Assembly (NCBI GenBank): GCA_016926205.1
Contig: JAFGPB010000073.1
Coordinates: 17,272 to 81,271, forward strand
Length of the DNA stretch: 64,000 nt
Source of the DNA: Bacteroidales bacterium
GTDB taxonomy: Bacteria; Bacteroidota; Bacteroidia; Bacteroidales; UBA10428
Direction of reading: 5' to 3'
Under the pieces are notes generated by a model. The model was not told the DNA's origin, made no database searches, and saw nothing but the letters and a program-made list of their open reading frames with translations. The position numbers were made by a program, and so were the translations under genes. Shown one piece after another: positions 1-9,438 of the stretch (position 1 is the first letter of the stretch; every line of letters starts with the position of its first letter).

Positions 1-1
1 T

Positions 2-451
2 TTATTCTTCATGCTGCTGGGTTTTGTCTCCTGCTCCAGAGGGATCGTTATTTCAGAAAATGAACTTAAACCCGGTGTATTTTATGCACCTATGGGACTC
101 AAGCCTTTTACAGGGATCTGTAAAATTTATTATATCCAAACAGACAGGATCAGGGAGGAATTCAGGCTAAAGAAGGGAATGCTGCACGGTGAATCACGTT
201 CATATTATCCCGACGGGGATATCATGTGGAAGGGCAGTTACAGAGAGGGTCTGATGTCCGGAAAGTGGCAGAAATGGGATGAACACGGTCATTTGATCAT
301 GGAACTGCACTATGTCGATGACGTTCTGGAAGGCCCTTTTGTTGCGATGTATACGAACGGAAGCGTTAAGGAAAAAGGACGTTATTCGGGCAACAGGCGG
401 GTAGGTGAGTGGATCCGGACGGAGGAAACAGTACAATACAGCAGTCAGTGA
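2..451 (+). CDS. MORN-repeat (YwqK-like) lipoprotein; the 5' end probably lies beyond the window edge
   Basis: Repeated G-x-W-x-x-Y/W-x-x-G units (GESRSYYPDGDIMWKGSYREG, GKWQKWDEHG, GRYSGNRRVGEW). The N-terminus LLGFVSCS looks like a lipobox, and the frame stays open to base 2. Confidence 0.6.
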   Translation, partial: LFFMLLGFVSCSRGIVISENELKPGVFYAPMGLKPFTGICKIYYIQTDRIREEFRLKKGMLHGESRSYYPDGDIMWKGSYREGLMSGKWQKWDEHGHLIMELHYVDDVLEGPFVAMYTNGSVKEKGRYSGNRRVGEWIRTEETVQYSSQ

Positions 452-573
452 ACAGACACCGGACCGCAAAGGTCAACCATTGCATCTGAAATCCGGAACA
501 GAAATACGCATCGCTGAACCCTGAACAGAAACAAAAGATATACTGTTTTATTTCCACGGCTTGTTTTGGGATT

Positions 574-1455
574 TCAGGCCGTAATTTCACCGGTTTTCAA
601 TCCATTTTCATCAAAAGGCACATCATTCCAGGTTCCGTTGATCAATATCCTCACGGTTTTCCATCCGGCCTCTCGAAGCACGCTGGCTGCATAATCATAA
701 CCTGCATCAATTTCAGAGGGATGGTGCGCATCTGAATTGATCATGACCGGTATGTTTTTCCCGGACATATATTTGAGCACCCAGGGGCTTGGGTACAGCA
801 TCGGAGGATCATGGCGGTACAACCCCCTTGTGTTGACTTCCACAATGCAATTTTTCTCGGCAATGAGATCAATGGTATCCTCTACTTCCCGGATATACCA
901 TGTTTCATTCTCATCAAAATATTTTCTTTTGTTATTGTGCATTTTTATTTTATCGAGATGCCCGATGATATCGGGATTGTCCTTTCTGACCATTTGCCTG
1001 ACATGATGATAATATTTTCTAATGGCAGCTTTAAAATCATTGTTGTATAGCAGTTCAATGTTTTCAAAAAAACCTTCAGGTTTTCCATCAAAGCAAAAGA
1101 ATGAACCATCTGACATCCGTTCGAGATAATGCACCGATCCGATCCGGTAATCAAGCGGGAGCTCTTGCAGAAAGCTGTCTGCATAGCCCCAGTATCCTTC
1201 AATGTAATCAATTTCCAGACCGGTATACACCTGTATTTGGTCTTTATAGCTGAGCTTAAGTTCGTTGATCGTGTCCAGATAATCCTGAAGCTTCTCACGG
1301 GGCATGTTCCAGTGTGACTGAAAGGGTACGGGTGCATGTGATGAACATCCGAATGCAAGGAATCCTTTCCTGATGGATTCCCTGATGAAATTGCCGGGTT
1401 CTGATCTTCCGTCACAGTAGACAGAATGGGAATGGAAATTGGTCCAGTGCTTCAT
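574..1455 (-). CDS. Histidinol-phosphatase HisJ-family PHP-domain hydrolase
   Basis: N-terminal FHSHSVYCDG and C-terminal NSDAHHP metal-binding motifs are typical of PHP/HisJ phosphatases. ATG start, 293 aa. Confidence 0.8.
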   Translation of the reverse strand: MKHWTNFHSHSVYCDGRSEPGNFIRESIRKGFLAFGCSSHAPVPFQSHWNMPREKLQDYLDTINELKLSYKDQIQVYTGLEIDYIEGYWGYADSFLQELPLDYRIGSVHYLERMSDGSFFCFDGKPEGFFENIELLYNNDFKAAIRKYYHHVRQMVRKDNPDIIGHLDKIKMHNNKRKYFDENETWYIREVEDTIDLIAEKNCIVEVNTRGLYRHDPPMLYPSPWVLKYMSGKNIPVMINSDAHHPSEIDAGYDYAASVLREAGWKTVRILINGTWNDVPFDENGLKTGEITA

Positions 1456-1530
1456 GTCGTGATAAGATTACAGTTGTAAAAGTAAAGGATTTCTTTTTAA
1501 AGGGGTCAGGTTCTTGCCGGACAAATATTT

Positions 1531-1567
1531 CCGGTAAATTCCGGGATGTCGGGTGGAAGACCGGACT
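1531..1567. repeat. Direct repeat copy A: duplicate of the tRNA-His 3' end plus terminator stem
   Basis: ccggtaaattccgggatgtcgggtggaagaccggact matches 1649-1685 at 35 of 37 positions. The two copies are offset by 118 bp. Confidence 0.85.
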
Positions 1568-1640
1568 TCCCGTTTTCGCAATGCTCATCGGGATGAACTT
1601 CTCCTCCGGTCTTCATGGTTGCTGCCTTTCAGCACTTCAG

Positions 1641-1663
1641 AAAAAAACCCGGTAGCTTCCGGG
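1641..1663 (-). terminator. Rho-independent terminator downstream of tRNA-His
   Basis: The minus strand reads CCCGG-AAGCTA-CCGGG followed by TTTTTTT. It begins 6 nt after the tRNA discriminator base. Confidence 0.7.
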
Positions 1664-1685
1664 ATGTCGGGTGGAAGACCGGACT
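1649..1685. repeat. Direct repeat copy B, overlapping the tRNA-His 3' end and terminator stem
   Basis: ccggtagcttccgggatgtcgggtggaagaccggact. It covers the tRNA from the T-loop to the discriminator, plus the terminator hairpin. Confidence 0.85.
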
Positions 1686-1744
1686 CGAACCGGCGACCTC
1701 CAGAGCCACAATCTGGCGCTCTAACCCACTGAGCTACGACCACC
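1670..1744 (-). tRNA. tRNA-His (anticodon GTG) with an encoded G-1
   Basis: The reverse complement folds as a cloverleaf: D-arm GCTC/GAGC, anticodon arm CCAGA-TTGTGGC-TCTGG, T-arm GCCGG-TTCGAGT-CCGGT. An extra 5' G pairs with C73, and CCA is not encoded. Acceptor pairs 5:68 and 6:67 are mismatched. Confidence 0.85.
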
Positions 1745-1877
1745 ATATATCAATAAGTCATGAAAACAGAATGATTCCGGACTCATTGAATGCAACCGGA
1801 ATGTGCAATCTTCATGTGCAAAATCGCTTAACAGGAGCGCAAATTTAGACATCTTTTAAAGAATTTGGCAAATGCAG

Positions 1878-2366
1878 TCAATTATTTTTTACTTCATCAC
1901 TTGCACCTGTTCCGATTTTCCAGCAGGTTCCGGCTTTTTTTACGAGAAAAAAGGTAATGCCCAGGGCAATAACCATGACGGCAAGGGCAATCAGCTCGTT
2001 ATAGGTATATTTGTTGAAATCCCATACAATAACTTTTCTTGCAATGGCAATGATCGCCACGAGAACAACCAGCTCGACATGTACGACACTGCTCTTAAGG
2101 TATGCCTTTATTGTTTCCAGAAGCTCAATGCCGATAAGTATAATCAGGAACAGGCTGAACAGCTCCATCAGGTTGTTGGCATCCACCACGAATAACGGAG
2201 GCGCAATTACGTCTAAATAAATTTCATAAGACACATCAATAAATGCCAGCAGAAGAATAATTGAAAAAACGAGCAAAATTGAGCTGATCAGAAACTTTTC
2301 AAGGTAATGAATGATTTTCAACATGTTATAACATTTATCAGGATAAAAATGATCAGAATATGGCAT
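1878..2366 (-). CDS. PsiE-like (phosphate-starvation-inducible E family) small membrane protein
   Basis: Four predicted TM helices, with LIGIELLETIK and IAIARKVIV motifs reminiscent of PsiE. The start could instead be the internal ATG at 2324. Confidence 0.55.
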   Translation of the reverse strand: MPYSDHFYPDKCYNMLKIIHYLEKFLISSILLVFSIILLLAFIDVSYEIYLDVIAPPLFVVDANNLMELFSLFLIILIGIELLETIKAYLKSSVVHVELVVLVAIIAIARKVIVWDFNKYTYNELIALAVMVIALGITFFLVKKAGTCWKIGTGASDEVKNN

Positions 2367-2445
2367 TGGGAAATAAAATTACGATTATTATCATAAAAAT
2401 TGTTCATCCAACTGTGTATATTTAAATCTGAAATCCCGGATTCGC

Positions 2446-3912
2446 ATGAGTTCTCTGGAATCATACTTCAGCACGTTCCGCAAGAATATAGTTGGTATCG
2501 ATTCCTCTTACCAGACTCCTTACGGCAAAAAGAAGATCGTGTACCTCGACTGGGTTGCGAGCGGAAGGCTTTATAAACCTATAGAGGATAAGCTGCAATA
2601 TGACTTTGGTCCGTTTGTCGCCAACACACATACCGAGACAAGTGAGACCGGTTCACGGATGACACATAGTTATCACCACGCCCATGAAACGATCAAAGGA
2701 CATGTAAATGCAGGCCCGGAGGATATCATCATTACAGCAGGTTCAGGAATGACGAGTGTTGTGAATAAACTTCAGCGTATCCTGGGATTGAAGTCCGGAA
2801 AGAAATACAAGTCCGGGGATAAGGATATGAAAAACAGGCCGGTTGTTTTTATTACTCACATGGAGCATCATTCAAACCAGACATCATGGTATGAGACCAT
2901 AGCCGATGTGGTTGTGTTGCAACCAGATAAGAATCTCCTTGTAAACCTTGAAGAACTGAACCGGAAACTGAAGGATTACAGGGACCGCAGGTTTAAAATC
3001 GGGGCATTTACAGCCTGCTCGAATGTGACCGGAATTACCACACCTTACCATGAAATGGCCGAAATCATGCACAGAAATAATGGATTGTGCTTTATCGACT
3101 TTGCGGCATCCGCGCCTTATGTCGGGATCGATATGTGTCCTTCTGATCCCATGCAGAGGCTGGATGCAATTTATTTTTCACCGCACAAATTTCTTGGCGG
3201 CCCCGGTTCTTCAGGTGTGCTTGTTTTCGATTCATCGCTTTATAATTCTGAGATACCCGATGATCCCGGCGGAGGTACGGTAGACTGGACGAATCCCTGG
3301 GGAGAATATAAATATGTGGATGATATTGAAGCCCGTGAGGATGGCGGAACACCCGGATTTTTGCAGGCCATCAGGGCTGCCCTGGCATTGAACCTGAAAG
3401 AGAAAATGAATGTTCAAAAGATCCTTGAGCGCGAGGAAGAACTTGTGAATACGGCTTTGGAGGGCATCAGGGGAATCCCCGGGATTAAGATCCTTGCAGG
3501 CAATGTTGTGCAAAGACTCGGTATCGTTTCGTTTTGCCATGAAAAAATACATTTCAATTTGATCGTTAAATTGTTAAGTGACCGTTTCGGGATCCAGGCA
3601 CGGGGCGGATGCGCATGTGCCGGTACATACGGTCACTATTTACTGGAACTTTCCTATAACAAATCCCATGAGATTACTGAAAAGATCAGCCATGGCGATC
3701 TGTCCGAAAAACCCGGATGGGTAAGGATTTCCATGCATCCTACGATGACGGATCGGGAATTGTTCTATTTTCTGGATTCTCTGAAGGAGATCGTCAGGAA
3801 ATATGATAAGTGGAAAAAAGACTATATTTATAATCCGAAAAAAAATGAATTTGAGCACATTTCCATGATTGGTAAAACACCTTCATGGCTTCGTACATGG
3901 TTTGAATTATAA
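2446..3912 (+). CDS. Class V aminotransferase-fold PLP enzyme (cysteine desulfurase/selenocysteine lyase-like)
   Basis: SPHKFLGGPGSSGVL carries the PLP-lysine motif, and HMEHHSN and GGCACAG motifs are present. 488 aa. Confidence 0.8.
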   Translation: MSSLESYFSTFRKNIVGIDSSYQTPYGKKKIVYLDWVASGRLYKPIEDKLQYDFGPFVANTHTETSETGSRMTHSYHHAHETIKGHVNAGPEDIIITAGSGMTSVVNKLQRILGLKSGKKYKSGDKDMKNRPVVFITHMEHHSNQTSWYETIADVVVLQPDKNLLVNLEELNRKLKDYRDRRFKIGAFTACSNVTGITTPYHEMAEIMHRNNGLCFIDFAASAPYVGIDMCPSDPMQRLDAIYFSPHKFLGGPGSSGVLVFDSSLYNSEIPDDPGGGTVDWTNPWGEYKYVDDIEAREDGGTPGFLQAIRAALALNLKEKMNVQKILEREEELVNTALEGIRGIPGIKILAGNVVQRLGIVSFCHEKIHFNLIVKLLSDRFGIQARGGCACAGTYGHYLLELSYNKSHEITEKISHGDLSEKPGWVRISMHPTMTDRELFYFLDSLKEIVRKYDKWKKDYIYNPKKNEFEHISMIGKTPSWLRTWFEL

Positions 3913-3926
3913 AAAATTCTTTAATA

Positions 3927-5117
3927 ATGAAGTTAATTGAGGTTACTGATAAGACAACCCGGCAGGAATTTCTGGAAGTACCCAAGATTCTTTACAAAGA
4001 TGATCCTTGCTGGACCTGTCCGCTGGATGTGGAGATTGAGAATATTTTTAACCCCGGCAGAAATTCCTGTTATAAAAATGGAGATGGCATCCGCTGGGTC
4101 CTGAAAGACAATAAAGGGAATCTGACAGGCCGCATTGCTGCATTTTATGATAAGAACAAAGCTTATCAGAATAACCAGCCTACGGGAGGAACAGGATTCT
4201 TTGAATGCATCAACAGCCAGGAAGCGGCAAATGCCCTTTTCGATGCTTCCAGGGAATGGCTGAAGTCGAATGGCATGGAGGCGATGGACGGACCCGTAAA
4301 CTTCGGCGAAAATTTTGTGTACTGGGGTCTTTTGATTGACGGATTTATGGAACAGGGATATGGGATGCAATACAATTTCCCTTATTACAAGGAACTTTTT
4401 GAAAACTACGGATTTAAAATATATTTTGAGCAGTACAGCTTTGTGGATGATTTCAGCAAACCTTATAATGAACGTTTGAGGAAGTTCGGTGAGCACTTCT
4501 GGGCCAAACCGGAATTTTCCTTCAGACATCTGGAAATGAAAAATCCCGAGAAATACCTCAGGGAACTGGCAGCAATGTATAATATCATCTGGTCGGATTT
4601 TCATGAAAGTTACACGCCACTCGAATATGAGGATCTGAACCAGATTTTTCAGGATGCCAAAAGTATGCTGAATGAAAAATTCATCTGGTTTGGCTATCAT
4701 AATCATGATCCGATAGGTTTCCTCGTCGCTTTCCCGGATATCAACCAGGTATTGAGAAAACTGAAGAATGGCAGGCTCAATCTGATCAATGTGTTGAAGC
4801 TTTTATACCATAAGAAAAGGGCAATTACCAGGGGACGTCTTCTGCTGTCCGGGGTCATACCTGAATTTCAACGCACAGGAGTTGTGGGAGGCATTTATCT
4901 GAAACTGACTGACAGCATGCGGAAGGAAGGATTGAAAGAACTTGAGCTGTCCTGGGTGGGTGACTATAATATCAGTGTAAATCGTATGTACAGTCAGTTT
5001 GGTGCGGTCAAACAAAAAACGCATGCAACATACCGCTATTTATTTGACCGTGAGGCGGAATTTATAAGATTTGAAAACCTGAGCCATAAAATTTTAAGGG
5101 ATAAGAAAAATGAATAG
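3927..5117 (+). CDS. Conserved Bacteroidota GNAT-like acyltransferase-fold protein of unknown function
   Basis: 396-aa ORF that starts 14 nt after the aminotransferase. The C-terminal region (QRTGVVGGIYLKL) resembles an acyl-CoA-binding GNAT core. Assignment is from memory only. Confidence 0.45.
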   Translation: MKLIEVTDKTTRQEFLEVPKILYKDDPCWTCPLDVEIENIFNPGRNSCYKNGDGIRWVLKDNKGNLTGRIAAFYDKNKAYQNNQPTGGTGFFECINSQEAANALFDASREWLKSNGMEAMDGPVNFGENFVYWGLLIDGFMEQGYGMQYNFPYYKELFENYGFKIYFEQYSFVDDFSKPYNERLRKFGEHFWAKPEFSFRHLEMKNPEKYLRELAAMYNIIWSDFHESYTPLEYEDLNQIFQDAKSMLNEKFIWFGYHNHDPIGFLVAFPDINQVLRKLKNGRLNLINVLKLLYHKKRAITRGRLLLSGVIPEFQRTGVVGGIYLKLTDSMRKEGLKELELSWVGDYNISVNRMYSQFGAVKQKTHATYRYLFDREAEFIRFENLSHKILRDKKNE

Positions 5118-5146
5118 ATAAATTTTGTGGATTCATACTGATTGTG

Positions 5147-5154
5147 TATTTTTG
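5147..5154 (+). promoter_or_regulatory. Bacteroidota -7 promoter box (TAnnTTTG) for rpmE
   Basis: TATTTTTG lies 38 nt upstream of the L31 ATG. Confidence 0.4.
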
Positions 5155-5191
5155 CAACCCATTTCACATTTATTAGAACAAGGTTGATACG

Positions 5192-5464
5192 ATGAAAAAG
5201 GGAATACATCCTGAAGGATACAGACTGGTCGCATTCAGGGATATGTCGAACGGTTTTACATTTGTTACAAGATCAACAGTACAATCAAAGGAATCGGTAG
5301 TTTTGGAGGACGGGAAAGACTATCCTCTTGTAAAACTTGAAATTTCAAATACTTCACATCCGTTTTATACCGGAAAGATGAAACTTGTTGATACTGCTGG
5401 ACGTGTCGACAAATACATGAGCCGGTATAAAAAGCATTACGATAAGAAGAAAAACAAGGAATAA
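5192..5464 (+). CDS. rpmE: 50S ribosomal protein L31, type B (no CxxC zinc motif)
   Basis: MKKGIHPE...HPFYTGK signature. 90 aa. Confidence 0.95.
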   Translation: MKKGIHPEGYRLVAFRDMSNGFTFVTRSTVQSKESVVLEDGKDYPLVKLEISNTSHPFYTGKMKLVDTAGRVDKYMSRYKKHYDKKKNKE

Positions 5465-5483
5465 CATTTTGGAATCTTTGAAG

Positions 5484-5527
5484 CAGCTCCGTTTCTTACA
5501 TCTTGGAACGGAGCTGTTTTTGTTTTT
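5484..5527 (+). terminator. Rho-independent terminator after rpmE
   Basis: A 10-bp stem (cagctccgtt / aacggagctg) with a 13-nt loop, followed by tttttgttttt. Confidence 0.8.
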
Positions 5528-5672
5528 GCAGACTGTTATATACAGGACCATTGTCCGGCCGATGCAGCAAATTTGTGGCATAAAGATTGACCGGATGTTA
5601 TAAGGAAAATTTTAAACAGGCAACTGACATTTTGTCGTTGATTTTGTTATTATATTGGAGGTAATTTTTTTT

Positions 5673-8138
5673 ATGAGCAAACCACGTGAAAAGTCGTTCC
5701 ACGATTTCTTTTTTCTATCTCAGGTCAATGAGGATGCTGACTTCATTCCCCTGATCTCTGAAGAAGATGAGGAAAGCATAACTCTGACTCATGTACCTGA
5801 TGTGATTCCTATTTTACCGTTGCGAAATACCGTTTTGTTTCCGGGTGTGATCATACCCATTACAGTGAGTCGTGATAAATCCATGAAACTGGTCAGGGAA
5901 TACTATCAAAAATCCAAGATCATAGGAACAGTGGCACAAAGGGATCCCAATAAGGATGACCCGGATGAGGATGAACTGCACAGTGTGGGGACCGTAGCCC
6001 AGCTGCTGAGGATTCTTGAAATGCCTGACGGAACCACGTCTGTTATCATTCAGGGGAAAAAACGGTTCATGATTCAGCAGATTGTATCTGCTGAACCGTT
6101 TTTTACAGCCCGGGTAAGCTCACTGGAGGACATCAAACCCAGAAAGAAAGATCCGGAATTTGAAGCCATTGTGGGTTCCCTTAAGGACCTGTCGCTGAAA
6201 ATCATAAAATTGTCGAGCAACATCCCGCCTGAGACATCATTTGCGGTGAAGAATATTGAAAGTTCATCTTTTCTTATAAATTTCATCAGCTCAAACAGCG
6301 ACATCAAAATGCTGGAAAAACAGCATTTGCTAGAGATGAACAACCTGAAAAAGCGGGCGATATCACTGTTACAGTATCTTGCGCGTGAAGTGCAGCTTCT
6401 GGAACTGAAGCATGACATACAAACCAAGGTTAAAATTGATATTGACCAGCAGCAACGTGAATATTTTCTTCATCAGCAAATGAAGACCATTCAGGACGAA
6501 CTGGGTGGAAATCCCCTGGAACAGGAAATAGAAGAGCTGAAAGCAAAGGGCAAACGGAAAAAATGGGGGAAGGAAGTGGCGCTTACTTTCAACAAGGAAG
6601 TGGAAAAGCTGAACCGGTTGAATCCGGCAACCGGTGAATATTCTGTTCAGCTGAACTACCTGCAGACATTGCTTGAACTTCCCTGGAACGAATATACGAA
6701 AGACAACTTTGACCTGAACAGGGCACAGCAGATCCTTGACAGGGATCATTACGGCCTTGAGAAAGTCAAGGAAAGAATCATAGAGCATCTGGCTGTTCTG
6801 AAGCTGAAAGGTGATATGAAATCACCCATCATTTGCCTGCACGGACCTCCGGGTGTTGGTAAAACATCACTGGGCAAATCAGTTGCGAAGGCTCTTAACA
6901 GGAAGTATATCAGAATGTCGCTCGGAGGGCTTCATGATGAAGCTGAAATCCGCGGTCACAGAAAGACATATATTGGTGCCATGCCGGGTAGAATTATCCA
7001 GAGTCTGAAAAAGGTTAAATCGGCCAATCCTGTTTTTGTACTGGATGAAGTCGATAAAGTCGGCCGTGATTTTCATGGAGATCCTGCCTCAGCACTTCTT
7101 GAGGTCCTTGACCCTGAACAAAACAGTACATTCCATGACAATTTCATCGAACTGGAATACGACCTGTCCAAAGTATTGTTTATTGCCACAGCCAATACCA
7201 CAAGTACCATAAGTCCTGCGCTGCTCGACCGTATGGAAGTGATCAATGTTACCGGTTATATTCTGGAAGAAAAGGTCGAAATTGCCAGACGTCATCTCAT
7301 TCCCAAAGAACTCAGGAACCATGGTTTGCCGGCAAGAGCGATCAACTTTTCGAAAAGCATACTGGAATACATCATTGAGAATTATACACGCGAGTCAGGA
7401 GTCCGGGAACTAAATAAAAACCTGTCCAAAATCATCAGAGTCATAGCCAAAAAAGTTGCCCTGGATGAAGCATTTGACAGAAAGTTCACCATCTCTGCAA
7501 TCAATGAAATTCTTGGTGCTCCCAGGTATATAAAAGACAGGTACCAGGGCAATGAATTTGCAGGGGTTGTTACAGGGTTGGCATGGACGGCGACAGGAGG
7601 CGAACTCCTGTTTGTGGAAACAAGTTTAAGCAAGGGTAAGGGCAATCTTACACTTACCGGCAACCTTGGAGAGGTTATGAAGGAATCGGCTGTCATTGCA
7701 CTGGAATATATTAAATCTCACTGCGATTTGCTGGATTTAAGAGCTGAAATATTTGAAAACTGGAACATTCACATCCATGTTCCGGAAGGCGCTATTCCGA
7801 AGGATGGACCATCTGCGGGTATTACCATGGCGGTTTCAATTGCCTCAGCCTTTACCCAGCGCAAGGTAAGGAGCAAACTGGCCATGACCGGAGAAATTAC
7901 GTTGCGGGGCAAGGTATTACCGGTTGGCGGGATCAAAGAGAAAATCCTTGCTGCAAAAAGAGCTGACATCAATGAAATCATTCTGTCGGAAGAAAACCGC
8001 AAAGACATCAATGAAATTAATGAAATCTACCTGAAAGGTTTGCATTTCATCTATGTGAATGAAATCATGCAGGTCTTTCAGCACGCATTGCTTGAGGAAA
8101 AAGTGGCTCATCCTTTGGAAATTGATTCATACCGATGA
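5673..8138 (+). CDS. lon: ATP-dependent Lon protease
   Basis: Walker [10 protein letters not shown] and catalytic PKDGPSAGI motifs, plus a LON N-domain. The ATG at 5673 is preferred over the TTG at 5655. Confidence 0.97.
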   Translation: MSKPREKSFHDFFFLSQVNEDADFIPLISEEDEESITLTHVPDVIPILPLRNTVLFPGVIIPITVSRDKSMKLVREYYQKSKIIGTVAQRDPNKDDPDEDELHSVGTVAQLLRILEMPDGTTSVIIQGKKRFMIQQIVSAEPFFTARVSSLEDIKPRKKDPEFEAIVGSLKDLSLKIIKLSSNIPPETSFAVKNIESSSFLINFISSNSDIKMLEKQHLLEMNNLKKRAISLLQYLAREVQLLELKHDIQTKVKIDIDQQQREYFLHQQMKTIQDELGGNPLEQEIEELKAKGKRKKWGKEVALTFNKEVEKLNRLNPATGEYSVQLNYLQTLLELPWNEYTKDNFDLNRAQQILDRDHYGLEKVKERIIEHLAVLKLKGDMKSPIICLHGPPGVGKTSLGKSVAKALNRKYIRMSLGGLHDEAEIRGHRKTYIGAMPGRIIQSLKKVKSANPVFVLDEVDKVGRDFHGDPASALLEVLDPEQNSTFHDNFIELEYDLSKVLFIATANTTSTISPALLDRMEVINVTGYILEEKVEIARRHLIPKELRNHGLPARAINFSKSILEYIIENYTRESGVRELNKNLSKIIRVIAKKVALDEAFDRKFTISAINEILGAPRYIKDRYQGNEFAGVVTGLAWTATGGELLFVETSLSKGKGNLTLTGNLGEVMKESAVIALEYIKSHCDLLDLRAEIFENWNIHIHVPEGAIPKDGPSAGITMAVSIASAFTQRKVRSKLAMTGEITLRGKVLPVGGIKEKILAAKRADINEIILSEENRKDINEINEIYLKGLHFIYVNEIMQVFQHALLEEKVAHPLEIDSYR

Positions 8139-8295
8139 AATGCTGCAATTTGCCTAATACCGTTTGTCACAAACGGGATCATGCATTTATTTTGATCACG
8201 AATGCAGGTTCTGTGAGGACCTATTTTCAGGAATGCGGTATTTGAAAATACGGCATAATGGTTACCACGGATCCGCATATTTAAACCAATAACAT

Positions 8296-8829
8296 ATGAA
8301 AATGGCACCTGGATTGTTTTGGGGATTATTGTTAATCCTGATTGGCTTGTCGATAATACTTCGTGTATTATTTGGCGTGAAGTTCTTCGGAGCTGTAATT
8401 GCACTTTTTCTGATATTTGTCGGCATCAGCATGTTGATCGGAAAACCCTGGATGTTTCGTTCCGGAAAGCGGGACAGTGATACGATTTTTGAGGACAGGA
8501 CGATCCGCGAAATGCCGGGTGATGAGACTGAGTACAATGTAATATTCGGACGAACCGTATACGATTTCACGGATCAGGATTTTCCGGATGACAAATCGGT
8601 GCGGATCAAAGTCAATACTGTTTTTGGTAGTACAACCATAAAAGTTGACCGGAATAAACCAGTTATGGTCAGGTCCGATGCTGTTTTCGGATCGTCGACC
8701 ATGCCTGACGGGAATACCGTTGCCTTCGGATCAGTAAATTACTCAACCGATTCATTCTCAACAGAGAAGAATCATTTACTTATCGAAGCGCCGGTTGTTT
8801 TCGGAGCATTGCACGTTAAAACCGAATGA
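8296..8829 (+). CDS. LiaF-like membrane protein (cell-wall-active antibiotic response C-terminal domain)
   Basis: Two N-terminal TM helices are followed by a beta-rich domain with repeated VFGS(T/S) motifs. Confidence 0.5.
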   Translation: MKMAPGLFWGLLLILIGLSIILRVLFGVKFFGAVIALFLIFVGISMLIGKPWMFRSGKRDSDTIFEDRTIREMPGDETEYNVIFGRTVYDFTDQDFPDDKSVRIKVNTVFGSTTIKVDRNKPVMVRSDAVFGSSTMPDGNTVAFGSVNYSTDSFSTEKNHLLIEAPVVFGALHVKTE

Positions 8830-8875
8830 CAGAAAAATTATCAGGCTTTTTTTTATTTGGACCGTAATTCATAAG

Positions 8876-8906
8876 TTTACATGCGGCAATTTGGCCGTCA
8901 TGTAAA
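8876..8906 (+). other. Bulged 12-bp-stem hairpin immediately upstream of coaD
   Basis: tttacatgcggc / gccgtcatgtaaa with one bulged T and a 6-nt loop, then TTTATT. A T8 run sits 20 nt upstream. Confidence 0.35.
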
Positions 8907-8915
8907 TTTATTGAT

Positions 8916-9395
8916 ATGTCCAGCCAGAATTTTAAGATTGCGGTTTTTCCCGGTTCCTTCGATCCTTTTACCATCGGGCATGAATCAGTTGTAAACAGGG
9001 CGTTGTATATCTTTGACAGGGTAATTATTGGGATTGGCCAAAATACGACCAAAACTGCCTATTTCCCCATTGAAAAGAGGATTGAATGGATCAGAAAAGT
9101 ATTTGATCATATTCAGGACAAGGTGGAGGTGAAAAGCTTCAGAGGTCTGACAGTTGATTTTTGCAGATCGGAAAATGCCCGTTATATTCTCAGAGGTTTG
9201 CGTACTGCCTCTGATTTTGAGTATGAACGTGCTATTGCACAAACCAATAAGGCCATGTATCCTGAAATTGAAACGGTTTTTCTGCTGACCCTTCCCCAGC
9301 ATACCTATATCAATTCTTCAGTGATCAGGGAAATCATAAGGCAGGGTGGTGATGCCAGCCGCTTTTTACCGCAAGACTATAAAATAACAGTTTAA
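8916..9395 (+). CDS. coaD: Phosphopantetheine adenylyltransferase
   Basis: AVFPGSFDPFTIGH nucleotidyltransferase motif. 159 aa. Confidence 0.95.
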   Translation: MSSQNFKIAVFPGSFDPFTIGHESVVNRALYIFDRVIIGIGQNTTKTAYFPIEKRIEWIRKVFDHIQDKVEVKSFRGLTVDFCRSENARYILRGLRTASDFEYERAIAQTNKAMYPEIETVFLLTLPQHTYINSSVIREIIRQGGDASRFLPQDYKITV

Positions 9396-9438
9396 TGAAA
9401 CCCTCACGGAATACGAGTTATCTGTAAACAGCAAACGA

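Noticed and set aside
1615-1848. A 77-aa plus-strand ORF.
   Set aside because: It overlaps the tRNA-His gene and its terminator on the opposite strand, so it is an artefact.
1456-1877. An integrated mobile element at tRNA-His.
   Set aside because: Only 81 bp lie between the duplicated tRNA 3' ends, and there is no integrase, excisionase or cargo. At most this is a scar, and it is reported as a low-to-moderate finding rather than as a mobile element.
3933-4706. A 257-aa ORF antisense to the GNAT-like gene. Similar long antisense ORFs occur at 34475-35155 (ftsZ), 46235-47071 (ftsI), 42614-43120 (mraY) and 41708-42259 (murD).
   Set aside because: Each lies entirely inside a gene with strong family motifs on the other strand. 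Their translations are low-complexity and carry no motifs. Open antisense frames are a common by-product of codon bias.
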